DNA of 64,000 bases. It comes from Laetmonice hystrix (taxonomy: Eukaryota). The notes under the pieces were generated by a model, which saw nothing but the letters and a program-made list of their open reading frames with translations, searched no databases and had not been told where the DNA came from. Below are positions 36,666 to 47,530 of this stretch, in pieces (positions within the stretch are counted from its first letter, which is position 1; each line of letters starts with the position of its first letter). The DNA lies in the NCBI GenBank assembly GCA_965235115.1, contig OZ249447.1, positions 25,730,001-25,794,000 of the forward strand, written 5' to 3'. The position numbers and the translations under genes are program-made.

Positions 36666-37989
36666 TATATCGTATGACGTCTCATATCAATGCTAAATAT
36701 TAAAACTGACTTTGGCCCCCCGAATATCCATGTTCGGCTGCACTCTGAGGTGGCAATCTGTCAACACTGGAACTGTACAACGTGCCTGGAAGATGACGGA
36801 TCAGTCATCCTGGAGGGGGAGGGGCGTCAAGTATCGGGCCTGCAAACCGTCCTGCTGGATTGCCTGCCTGGGTCGCCCCCTCCCCTCCTCACCCACCCAC
36901 CTCCTGTATACTCTAAATACCACTCTGTGTCCATTGGAGACCGACGAGTTGTGTATTCGCGCCACTTTAACAGGTCTATACACCCAATGGACGTTCTTCA
37001 CGGTATTAAGTGCATCACAACAGGTGAAAAAATCACGGGCATTTCTAGCCGCGGGGGAGTTAATGATAATGGCGTCAGCACGCCGGCATCTATTGATGTG
37101 AGTAAACTTCTCACTGTTACCTCCCCAACAGTGCATCAGGCAACGGTTAAATCCCAGCGGTTAAATCAACAAACGTCTGTCATTTTAACGATAGACATAA
37201 CGATCGATCCCTTGGCCGTGTGTACCCTCAAGGAACTAGGTAGAAAATGGGGCTTCAGATAGTATCAAGTGTTCTTTCTTGGACTCCAAACGATGCCGGA
37301 GGCCACTCAGCACGGTAATATGTTGGCAAAGAAAGTCAAACCACACGACGTTATATCTAAATTCAGAGTGCCAGGTTTCTCACGGCATTTTCTTCAAAGT
37401 GTGTTCGTACCTTTTTTACTTTTTTTACTTAACCAGTCTCTGTATTTATCACTTTATTACGTCAGCCATAACTGTGTAACGTAAAAAGAAATCTCCAGCA
37501 GGGAAGCTGCCAATAGATTTGTTGCAACAACATAATTTTATTATCATATGGAAATTTCTCCCAGATTAAATTACACCGAGATAATGCAATCATTTGTAAC
37601 ATGCCTTTGAACATCAAGCATTTGCATTCCTTCGAATCACACATTGGAATCCTTTATGTGAGTGTGATTGCGCAATTAACGGCAGTTTAACATACAAGTG
37701 AATGGCAGTGCAGGTTTCCACCATTAATGGAAATTCGCAAGTTGATAATTATCTCTGCCTCTCCCAGATATTTGAAACTATCATTACAGTTCCAGACAAT
37801 TATCTGAAATGCTTCAAACGAGTACTTTGCACTTGTTGCCTGCTTTTTACCTGATCGCGCCATAAAAGGTGCACTCTTAAAACAAATGGTTCGTCAAAGA
37901 ACCCAAAAAGGCCATTACAAATAGGGAACCTTTTTTGGTTCTCCGAAGAACCATGAGAAAGCGTTCTTTAGATGGTTCTTAAAAGGGTT

Positions 37990-38395
37990 CTTCAATGCGT
38001 TTTCAAATGGTTCTTTGTGAAACCTTTAGGAAAGGTTCTCTGAGAAACTCTTTTCTAGGGTTCTTTAGCAGGTTTTCAAATGGTTCTCTGAGAAACTCTT
38101 CCATAGGGTTCTTTAGGAGGTTTTCAAATGGTTCTCTGAGAAACTCTTCCATAGGGTTCTTTAGGAGGTTTTCAAATGGTTCTCTGAGAAACTCTTTCAT
38201 AGGGTTCTTTAGCAGGTTTTCAAATGGTTCTCTGAGAAACTCTTTCATAGGGTTCTTTAGCAGGTTTTAAAGTGGTTCTCTGAGAAACGTTTAAATAGCG
38301 TTCTTTAGTAGGTTTTGAAATGGTTCTTTGTGAATCGATTTAAGAGGGTTCTTATATAGGTTTTGAAATGGTTTCTTAAGATTACATGGTTCTTT
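37990..38395. repeat. 48-bp subterminal tandem array of the CACTA element
   Basis: Unit GGTTTTCAAATGGTTCTCTGAGAAACTCTTCCATAGGGTTCTTTAGGA; period of 48 at 38041 and 38089. It gives the 16-aa periodic ORFs. Confidence 0.9.
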
Positions 38396-38876
38396 AATTT
38401 CCCCATGATTATTTTTTTTTTAAATTAAAAAAAATAGTCAATGGTTATATGTACATCGTTACACATACAACAAATACATCCATATTTGTAAATTCTACAA
38501 TCTTTGATATCATGACAACACTATTTTATTCATGTAATTAAGTGAACAAGAAGTCAACATGTACAACGTAACCACTTTGGCCATTCTTTTATTTTACCAA
38601 AAAACACCAGCATTTTTAAAAGCAAAACGAATGCACAAAAAGTAGATGTAGTAGATGTCATATAGATGCATCACAAATCCTGTCATTCTCTGTATCACAA
38701 TCAACCTGCAGACTGCTTGGGAAATTATTATTCAAAACTGTATGGTAGTATACACATATGCTTGTCATTGGCACATAAAGATACTAATACCGACAAAAGA
38801 AAAATATGATAAATATAAAGGAGGCATCAGTGACCCCTTTCATGGGGGCATTAATGACCACTTGAAAATTAAATGC

Positions 38877-39076
38877 TTAAAAATTCTCGATATATACTAG
38901 GGTGTTTCTCAAGCCCTTGGGGTATTCAATACCATAGATGTAATATAAACTAAATGTGCAGGCCAAGTCCTCGATGGTGTACGAATTCCTGATTAGTACC
39001 ACCTCTTCCCCATCCATCAGAATTCGTCCCGAGTTGGCACCGAGCAGGCGTGGAGACTGGTAGGAGCCAGACAGTG
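38877..39076 (-). pseudogene. Terminal coding exon of a SAMD3-like CACTA accessory gene (fragment)
   Basis: Acceptor ttttctttaaacag precedes CA CTG TCT..., giving (A)LSGSYQSPRLLGANSGRILMDGEEVVLIRNSYTIEDLACTFSLYYIYGIEYPKGLRNTLVYIENF*. This matches the recalled F..YYVFNIEYP...TL.FIQ motif of SAMD3-like proteins. The ORF track does not list it. Confidence 0.65.
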
Positions 39077-39273
39077 CTGTTTAAAGAAAACAATCATAAT
39101 TATTTTGTTTTCTTTATATTAAAATTACCAAATAAAAACGGGTTCAAGACAAGATTCTATTTGAAGGTGTCGGAGCATTAGTATGTTAGGTTTTCTATTC
39201 TAGTTTATTTCTGATAATAATCATCTTTTTGCATTGAAGATTAACATATGCATTCATGTAATTTATTACATAC

Positions 39274-39332
39274 CTGATCCAACGTGAAGAAAAGGCCAGT
39301 TCTCTGGAATCAACATCAGTGCGGCACACTTC
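39274..39332 (-). pseudogene. 59-nt internal exon of the same SAMD3-like gene
   Basis: ttttttag|GAAGTG...GGATCAG|gtatgt encodes KCAALMLIPENWPFLHVGS. Its terminal G joins CA of the next exon to form an in-frame GCA codon. Confidence 0.55.
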
Positions 39333-40486
39333 CTAAAAAATTAACGGGCACACATTAGACTACAATGTTAAGTTGTTGTAATTTTTATATAGGTAAAACC
39401 GAAAAAGCTACAAAAGCAAATGGCATGTCAGCTAGGAGCTGGTACATGGAAGCCAGGACATAGCGCGTGGAACATGGCGTCTCCCACGCACACTGTCCTA
39501 ACACCAAATCCAACATGGCGTCACCCGTGCACGTGGGTGTACAAAAAGTAGTATTATAACCTTTTTGGGGCTGACCAACACTGATAAACCATGGCCGAGT
39601 ATTGAAAGGATTGTGGAGATTAAGGAATAAGTGGATCTGCACACATGGTGTAACAAATAGGGAACCCACCCAGCACATGGCTTTCAGCTGACCACGTGTT
39701 CACAAATGGTGGTGAAACTGGCCTAGCTCACACCAACGACTCGTTGCTCACACACAGAGAGTCCTAGAGTGGCTCCTCCTCAACTTTTCACACAGAAACC
39801 TCCCTCTTCACAATAATCCATTTGAATGTCCATTAATGCACAAAGTAAAATCCGGTTTTGAAAACACAGAAGAATGTCCAGTTAAGGTGGCCTGAGCCTC
39901 AGAGGATGTATACTCCAGGCTGACTAACACGTGAGAGAGAGACTCCAGATGCGGGTGGTATTATGGTAATGAGTGACCTAATTACATGGGGCTTGACTGG
40001 CTAGGTTACACGTCCAGCTGAGCTGGGCTGGTGGCTATTTATAACTGGTCACTCTGACAGCTCAGCCTCCCTAAGTAAAAATACACACTGCAAGAGAGGT
40101 GGTTTTCCCAAACCAAAGATATAACGATTCCCATGATGGCTGTATTTTGGTGGATTTCCCGACATGATTAATGACAATGAAAAGAAAAAGTAAAAGAAAA
40201 CACATACATTTTTCGGGTTACTTTGTACATTTCTATGGATGTATGCACTTTTCATTAAAAATGAATAAACGAAACTCGGTTATAACAAAAAAAAAACGGG
40301 GGTCCCAATCTCCATCAGTGACGTATTGGCCAGATGTCCATTGATCAGATGTCTATATAGGATAATGTCCATAGGTAAAATGCCTCTGTTTGAATGAGAC
40401 AAATTTACAGGTTTGTCTGTCACATACATTTCTGTGGCAATTTAATTCTTTCGTTCAACTCCAGATTGAAAAAGTTAAACACTTAC

Positions 40487-40668
40487 CAAAGAAGGGGTCG
40501 CGACCCTGTATCTTGGAAGTTGCTGTGCAGGAGAGTGTGCTGATCTGAAGATGAATTCTGCAGAAGATGCTTTCCTTTTCTTTGTGGGTTGGTGAAAAAA
40601 TGCGTCGATAGAGCGACTGCTTCTGATCGGAGCGAAAGAACAGGATGTTTGAACTACGACGCTTTATA
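40487..40668 (-). promoter_or_regulatory. Candidate internal promoter and first exon of the CACTA gene
   Basis: TATAAA on the minus strand at 40668-40663, followed about 175 nt later by a consensus donor TTG|GTAAGT (exon end 40487). Orientation matches the downstream exons. Confidence 0.3.
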
Positions 40669-41764
40669 CCTTGTCCAGCCCCCGCCTTGTCTTATAGTCC
40701 ACATGTATGGGCCACGTGGGCTGAAGGACAAGGCCACCCTGGTTTCGGCGCTTGGACACGTGGCGGAGACCTCATTGGCTTGGGATACCCCATAACCAAC
40801 GATCCTAACGTGCTATGACCTTGGTAGGCCTATATACAATTAGTTAACAAGTGTATCCCCACAGGATTTGCCCCGTAGGACCCAGGCATGGATGAAAACC
40901 GGACAGAAGCATTTTTTGTGGATAACTCTAAAATGTATAATTTGAAAGTCACAAAAACACGATAATACTAAAGCTAGGTCTGATGGACAGCCACCCACAA
41001 AATAGCTTCTGAATAGCATTCATAACCGCAGAGATTTTAGGCTTTGACAAAATGTGTCAGTCAATGCCCCACTCTCCCCAACACGTTTTCTGGAAACCTG
41101 GTTAGGAATAGAAAAATCCTATTTGACATTAAATTCAAGTAAAACAGGCACACACAAGACCATTTATAAAATGGTTCTTCATAAACTGAAGAACCTTTTA
41201 CCTAATTAAAGAACCTATTTTAACTGAAGAACCTACGTTCCTTTGCCAAGAACCCTCTGCCTAGCCAAAGAACGCATTTCGAGCTGAAGAACCAAATGGT
41301 TCTTTGAAGAACTTTGGTTCCTCATGATGAACCCTTTCGGAACCGTCATTTTTAAGAGTGTGGGTGAAGCCAGAGCTTTATGAAACCAATGAAAGGCGTT
41401 TCTGGTGTAAACTGTTGTTGGTGTTAGATAGAGACGGTCTTGGATGAGGAGAACACTCTCATACCTCTCTCCACGGAGGAGGAGACTGGTGAGTAGTCGA
41501 CAAGGTCGTGTCGAGGATCATAGAGACTCCCGATAAATCACGGTGGGCGGCCATGTTTTCACGATCGGTTTCAAGTACATGAATCGGAAGGATAATCGAG
41601 TAGTGATTAACGTAAAAATATAAACGTGAACGTGGCGTTTCGTTAGTATACTGAAAGCAGAGTAGATACCATTGGGGGTCCAGGGGGCCAGAGGGCCCGG
41701 GCTCCCCTCAGATTTTCCTTTTCTTTCTTGTTTTTTTTTGGCCTGGAAGGATCAATATTATTAT

Positions 41765-43544
41765 TAAACTCGTCATTGGACTCATGTAAAATCATGCGGT
41801 TTCATAGAGTATCCTACATCGATAACATGGGTCGATTAACTCGTCATTGGACACATGTAAAATCACGTGGTTTCATAGAGTATCCTATATCGATAACATG
41901 AGTCGATTAACTCGTCATTGGACACATGTAAAATCACGTGGTTTCATAGAGTATCCTATATCGATGACATGAGTCGATTAACTCGTCATTGGACTCATGT
42001 AAAATCATGCGGTTTCATCGCGTCTCCTATATCGATAACATGAGTCGATTAACTCGTCATTGGACTCATGTAAAATCATGTGGTTTCATAGAGTATCCTA
42101 TATCGATAACATGAGTCGATTAACTCGTCATTGGACACATGTAAAATCACGTGGTTTCATAGAGTATCCTATATCGATAACATGAGTCGATTAACTCGTC
42201 ATTGGACACATGTAAAATCACGTGGTTTCATAGACTATCCTATATCGATAACATGAGTCGATTAACTCGTCATTGGACTCATGTAAAATCATGTGGTTTC
42301 ATAGAGTATCCTATATCGATAACATGGGTCGATTAACTCGTCATTGGACTCATGTAAAATCACGTGGTTTCATAGACTATCCTATATCGATGACATGAGT
42401 CGATTAAACTCGTCATTGGACTCATGTAAAATCATGCGGTTTCATAGAGTATCCTATATCGATAACATGGGTCGATTAACTCGTCATTGGACTCATGTAA
42501 AATCATGCGGTTTCATAGAGTATCCTATATCGATAACATGGGTCGATTAACTCGTCATTGGACTCATGTAAAATCATGCGGTTTCATAGACTATCCTATA
42601 TCGATGACATGAGTCGATTAAACTCGTCATTGGACTCATGTAAAATCATGCGGTTTCATAGAGTATCCTATATCGATAACATGGGTCGATTAACTCGTCA
42701 TTGGACTCATGTAAAATCATGCGGTTTCGTAGAGTATCCTATATCGATAACATGGGTCGATTAACTCGTCATTGGACTCATGTAAAATCATGCGGTTTCA
42801 TAGACTATCCTATATCGATAACATGGGTCGATTAACTCGTCATTGGACTCATGTAAAATCATGCGGTTTCATAGAGTATCCTACATCGATAACATGGGTC
42901 GATTAACTCGTCATTGGACTCATGTAAAATCATGCGGTTTCATCGCGTCTCCTATATCGATAACATGAGTCGATTAACTCGTCATTGGACTCATGTAAAA
43001 TCATGTGGTTTCATAGAGTATCCTATATCGATAACATGAGTCGATTAACTCGTCATTGGACTCATGTAAAATCATGTGGTTTCATAGAGTATCCTATATC
43101 GATAACATGGGTCGATTAACTCGTCATTGGACTCATGTAAAATCATGCGGTTTCATAGACTATCCTATATCGATAACATGGGTCGATTAACTCGTCATTG
43201 GACTCATGTAAAATCATGCGGTTTCATAGAGTATCCTACATCGATAACATGGGTCGATTAACTCGTCATTGGACTCATGTAAAATCATGCGGTTTCATAG
43301 AGTATCCTATATCGATAACATGAGTCGATTAACTCGTCATTGGACTCATGTAAAATCATGCGGTTTCATAGACTATCCTATATCGATGACATGAGTCGAT
43401 TAAACTCGTCATTGGACTCATGTAAAATCATGCGGTTTCGTACAGTATCCTATATCGATAACATGAGTCGATTAACTCGTCCTTGGACTCATGTAAAATC
43501 ATGCGGTTTCATAGAGTATCCTATATCGATAACATGGGTCGATT
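41765..43544. repeat. 71-bp satellite/minisatellite, about 25 copies
   Basis: Unit TTAACTCGTCATTGGACTCATGTAAAATCATGCGGTTTCATAGAGTATCCTATATCGATAACATG(A/G)GTCGA. Copies are highly homogeneous, and the array explains the duplicated 68-aa ORFs. Confidence 0.97.
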
Positions 43545-44528
43545 TTATCACTGAAGTCCTGATGAGATCAAGACCAGTTTTTTTAAAGAATTTAAGTTCA
43601 GAAAACCGGGCCCATGTGTTCTGTGGAGGGATGAGATCAACACATTCCCACGTTTCTCTGAGCTTTTATTACAGCCGGCAAGAGCTGCAACATTATCATC
43701 AGAATCTCAGTTGTTTTTTAACATGGCGGTCCATGCGGCAGCCGTATGGATTCACTACTAATGGCCTTCTTCTCAGACATCTGTTTTCGGGCGCTGAGTG
43801 AATCGGGACAGGGTCTTTCATGCCGGCTGCCCTTTTTGCCCCCATTTTTGCCCAGGGGGAAGATAAGCAACGCTTCAACATGGCTGATTGCAATCAGCGT
43901 AACGGATCTGATGGGGGTTCACATGAAGCTAGATCTCGCCAGGTGATGTTGCTGCTGTCATTCAGACAAGGCTACAAGTTTACGTCGGAAACACCATATA
44001 TGTTATAGAAATAATGTGTATACCCTTCAACAACGGCAAATGTGGGGACATGGAAATAAAATAAATCTTGCGACCTGTGCTTTGGTCCCTTGAGGTTGTA
44101 ATCGAAGTTAAGGCGGTGCAAACCATGAGGACAGAGATGAACTATCTGTTGAATGTCTGCATCGGCAGCGTCTTACTGAATTCTGTAGCGTTTCTCTCAG
44201 CGACACATTCTCGTAACGTTGTGGCGCCGTCTAGCGGCCGAATGGTGCTCCGCTGTCTGCCTCTTAATACCATGTCACGTGACGCTCGCACGGTACTTCC
44301 GCTGCAGCAAACAACACCTTCGCGTCGCATAATGACCAGACGACAGTGCTTCATCCGGGGCTTCTCGATCCGCGAGATCCTGGCGTTTAGTCAGTGAGCT
44401 AACGTATATATCAAAGCTCGCAGTAGTTTCTTCTCAGATGGTTAAATACAGTTTTGAGCATATATGGAGAGAACAGCGTCAGCCAGTGCAGGGGTTGGCA
44501 GCTTTGCCTGGTGATACCACTAATCGCG

Positions 44529-47402
44529 ATGATGCTACATCTGGTCGTGTCTGAACATGGTGATACCCATCCTACTACAGTATTAACATTCACTATCACA
44601 TGCTACAATTGCAGGGGCCTTCCTAAGACCCGTGATAACCTATTACTCCGTCCTGAATTGTGTGATCTGCTTAGATTTAGTAACATTGTTTGCCTACAGG
44701 AGACATGGTACAGTACCCAGGATCTGGCCTGTCTGAATAATCTGGACCTGAATTTCCACGGTGGTGGAGTATCTACCACTGACTACAGTAATCGTGTTGT
44801 AGCTGGGCACCCACCAGGTGGAGTGGCTATTCTGTGGCATAAGGATCTTGATCAGTACATCAGACCTGTGGACCTTAATGTTGATTGGTGCTATGCTATC
44901 GAGATATCTGTGGATCGTAGAAAACTCTATGTCTTCAATGTATACATGCCCTATCAGTGCCCTGAGAATGAGGAAAAATATATTAACAATCTTGGTGCTA
45001 TCAGTGCCTTCATAGAAGAGCTTGACAGCTCCTGCTATACACTGGTTGGAGATTGGAATGCTAATTTAAATAATGTTGGTACTTCACTGTTCGCCAATCA
45101 CATGTTGAACTTTTGTACGGAAAATGATCTCACTGTGTCTAGTCGCGTGCTGCTTCCCGCGGGCAGCTATACTTATGTTAGTGAGAGCTGGAACTCAACA
45201 TCTTGGCTGGATCACGCTGTCAGTAGCATGGATTTCCATAATATTATTAACAATCTGACTATACATTATGATCTCACTGACGTGGACCACATACCCATCT
45301 CCGTGAATGTTGACCTCCAGCTTGTTCCTGAGTTAACCAGTGTTACAAATACCTGTTCCCCTAAGGTAAAATGGGAAGCCCTTTCCGAGGATGACATAAA
45401 ACAGTACCGCGCCACTACAGATAGGAAACTTGCCAGCGTTACGATCCCCTGTGTCACCGGATGTACGGACGTGTCGTGTGACAACCCTGATCATATAAAT
45501 CAGGTTAAACAATTCTATGACAATATTATTGCATGTCTAGTTAAGGCTGGAGAGGAGGTGTTAGGAAACTCCCGCAGGAAGAGGATGTTTAACAAACCGG
45601 GGTGGAATGATTATGTTGCAGAACTCTACAATGCCTCTAAAGAGGCTTATAGAATGTGGGCTAGTGGTGGCAAGCCCAGGACTGGTCCTCTGCATGATAT
45701 ATATATACATAGCAGAGCTAGGTGTAAATATGCTATTCGCTTTATCAAATCTAATGAAAATATGTTACGTCGGGAGTCTCTTGCAAAAAAGCTTTCTCAG
45801 CGTGACTACAAGTCGTTCTGGAAAGAAATTAAACTGATGAACAACTGTAAAACTCCTCTTCCCACTACAATTGACGGTGTCACAGGTGAAGTGCCCATTG
45901 CTGATCTCTGGGGCAAACACTTTTCAGAACTTCTAAACTGCGTACGTGGTAAGGGTGACTGGAGACATAAAATTGATCGGAACTTTGATTTTCAAGATGT
46001 GCGCCTTGACAGCTCAGAAATAGGATCTGCTATTAACAGTCTCGAGTCCAACAAGGCATGTGGTCAAGACGGTGTGTATGCTGAGCACCTTAAATACGCC
46101 TCTGATCGCTTACCTCAGCTGCTAGGCCTATGTATAACTAGCCTATTTGTCCATGGTGTGTTGCCTGACTCAATGTTAGCAGTTGTTCTCGTGCCTGTGA
46201 TCAAAGATAAAACGGGTAGAATCACTTCTAAGGATAATTACAGACCCATTGCGCTTGCAAGTATTGTCAGTAAAGTTGTTGAAATTATTTTGTTGGAACG
46301 CATGTCTATGTATCTCGAGACTAGGCCTAATCAGTTTGGTTTCAAGAAGAAGCTTGGCACGGATATGTGTATCTATGTCCTGAAGGAGGTAGTGGATGCT
46401 TATCGCACACTAAACGGTAGCGTCTTTGCATGCTATTTAGATGCAAGTAAGGCTTTTGATAGAGTGAACCATGGTGTTCTGTTTGAAAAACTTGTCAGTA
46501 GAGGGGTACCTGGATACATTGTCAGAATCCTGATCTTCTGGTACTCTAACCAACAAATGTCTGTTAGGTGGGGAAATGCCTACTCTGGACACTTTAATGT
46601 GTCATGTGGGGTTAGACAGGGTGGAATACTCTCTCCATATTTGTTCAATATCTATGTTGATGACCTAAGTGTTCAATTAAACAAGTGTAATACAGGCTGC
46701 ACGATCAACAGCTTCCTTCTTAATCACCTAATGTATGCAGACGACCTAGTTATCTTTGCCCCCTCTGCTGCTGGGCTTGTTATGCTTCTCCGTGTATGTG
46801 AAAGATTTGGTCTTGAGCATGATGTGAAGTTCAACACAAAGAAGAGTGCTGTGATGGTGTTCAGGTCTAAATCCCTGAGAGGTGTGACTTTGCCTGACCA
46901 CAATCTGTATGGGGAAGCCTTAAAAGTAGTTGATAGGTTCAAATACCTTGGACATTGTGTGGCAAATGACTTATCTGATGATGATGACATAGGTAGACAA
47001 GTTAAAAAGCTATATGCCCAGGGTAACTCGATACTTCGAAAATTCCATATGTGTAGTTGGGACGTCAAACTTACTCTGTTCCGTGCGTATTGTTCTCCCC
47101 TGTACACGGCACAATTGTGGTGGAACTTTAAGAGAGCCTCCATAAACAAACTACAAGTTTCTTACCACAACTTACTCAAGATGTTTCTGGGGCTACCTAA
47201 GTATGAAAGCACAAGTATGCTCTGCACTATACTTGATGTCCAGTGCTGCCAGGCAGTTATCCGTAACCTTGTGCATCGATTCATGTGTAGGCTTGATGCC
47301 TCTGTAAATGACATTATTGTTTCGCTACTTGCTACCAGTATTTCTTATGTCTCCAGAATAAGGAGGCATTGGCTTAACTTGCTACACATTGGCTCTGGTT
47401 AG
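44529..47402 (+). CDS. LINE ORF2: apurinic-like endonuclease plus reverse transcriptase (957 aa from the first ATG; frame open from 44427)
   Basis: EN motifs YNCRGL, VCLQETW, GGVAIL, NVYMP, VGDWNAN, LDH, DH. RT motifs KACGQDG, NYRPIAL, QFGFK, LDASKAFDRV, GVRQGGILSPYLFNIY, YADD, KYLG. No stops or frameshifts. Confidence 0.95.
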   Translation: MMLHLVVSEHGDTHPTTVLTFTITCYNCRGLPKTRDNLLLRPELCDLLRFSNIVCLQETWYSTQDLACLNNLDLNFHGGGVSTTDYSNRVVAGHPPGGVAILWHKDLDQYIRPVDLNVDWCYAIEISVDRRKLYVFNVYMPYQCPENEEKYINNLGAISAFIEELDSSCYTLVGDWNANLNNVGTSLFANHMLNFCTENDLTVSSRVLLPAGSYTYVSESWNSTSWLDHAVSSMDFHNIINNLTIHYDLTDVDHIPISVNVDLQLVPELTSVTNTCSPKVKWEALSEDDIKQYRATTDRKLASVTIPCVTGCTDVSCDNPDHINQVKQFYDNIIACLVKAGEEVLGNSRRKRMFNKPGWNDYVAELYNASKEAYRMWASGGKPRTGPLHDIYIHSRARCKYAIRFIKSNENMLRRESLAKKLSQRDYKSFWKEIKLMNNCKTPLPTTIDGVTGEVPIADLWGKHFSELLNCVRGKGDWRHKIDRNFDFQDVRLDSSEIGSAINSLESNKACGQDGVYAEHLKYASDRLPQLLGLCITSLFVHGVLPDSMLAVVLVPVIKDKTGRITSKDNYRPIALASIVSKVVEIILLERMSMYLETRPNQFGFKKKLGTDMCIYVLKEVVDAYRTLNGSVFACYLDASKAFDRVNHGVLFEKLVSRGVPGYIVRILIFWYSNQQMSVRWGNAYSGHFNVSCGVRQGGILSPYLFNIYVDDLSVQLNKCNTGCTINSFLLNHLMYADDLVIFAPSAAGLVMLLRVCERFGLEHDVKFNTKKSAVMVFRSKSLRGVTLPDHNLYGEALKVVDRFKYLGHCVANDLSDDDDIGRQVKKLYAQGNSILRKFHMCSWDVKLTLFRAYCSPLYTAQLWWNFKRASINKLQVSYHNLLKMFLGLPKYESTSMLCTILDVQCCQAVIRNLVHRFMCRLDASVNDIIVSLLATSISYVSRIRRHWLNLLHIGSG

Positions 47403-47494
47403 CCGATGTTCTAATCTTTAGCCTTTAGTCTCTAGTTCCCAGTTTCTATGGACCTCTATGTACTATCATACTATGTAGATGTAGATGTGTCCGC

Positions 47495-47530
47495 AATAAA
47501 GTCCATTGAATTGAATTGAATTGATTGAAT
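47495..47530 (+). other. Polyadenylation signal plus pentanucleotide (ATTGA)n LINE tail
   Basis: aataaagtccattgaattgaattgaattgattgaat, about 90 nt after the ORF2 stop. Confidence 0.85.

Larger units (their letters stand above)
37872..41360 (-). mobile_element. CACTA/EnSpm (CMC) DNA transposon, non-autonomous, 3,489 bp
   Basis: TG|CACTCTTAAAA at 37870-37882 and TTTTAAGAGTG|TG at 41350-41362 give an 11-bp TIR starting CACT and a 2-bp TSD, as in animal EnSpm elements. GGTTC/GAACC subterminal repeats are dense at both ends (37885-38395, 41160-41345). It contains a spliced minus-strand gene remnant. Confidence 0.85.
44427..47530 (+). mobile_element. Non-LTR retrotransposon (LINE), probably RTE-X clade; 5' boundary uncertain
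   Basis: Intact APE-RT ORF, a short 3' UTR (47403-47494), AATAAA at 47495-47500 and an (ATTGA)n tail at 47505-47530. C-terminal motifs (LYAQGN..RKF.MCS..VK.TLFRAYC.PLY) are recalled from RTE-X-type elements. No TSD identified. Confidence 0.9.

Noticed and set aside
29733-43544. CRISPR-like interpretation of the regular arrays (29.7-31.5 kb, 33.7-34.3 kb, 41.8-43.5 kb)
   Set aside because: Units are contiguous with no unique spacers, there are no cas genes, and the context is eukaryotic.
43558-43620. Hammerhead ribozyme core CTGATGAG
   Set aside because: No stem II followed by GAAA; the other CTGATGA hits checked also lack it.
44190-44260. HDV-like ribozyme at the LINE 5' end (GGCCGAATGG resembles J4/2)
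   Set aside because: No complementary P2 strand or P1/P3 pseudoknot could be built by eye; a covariance-model search would be needed.
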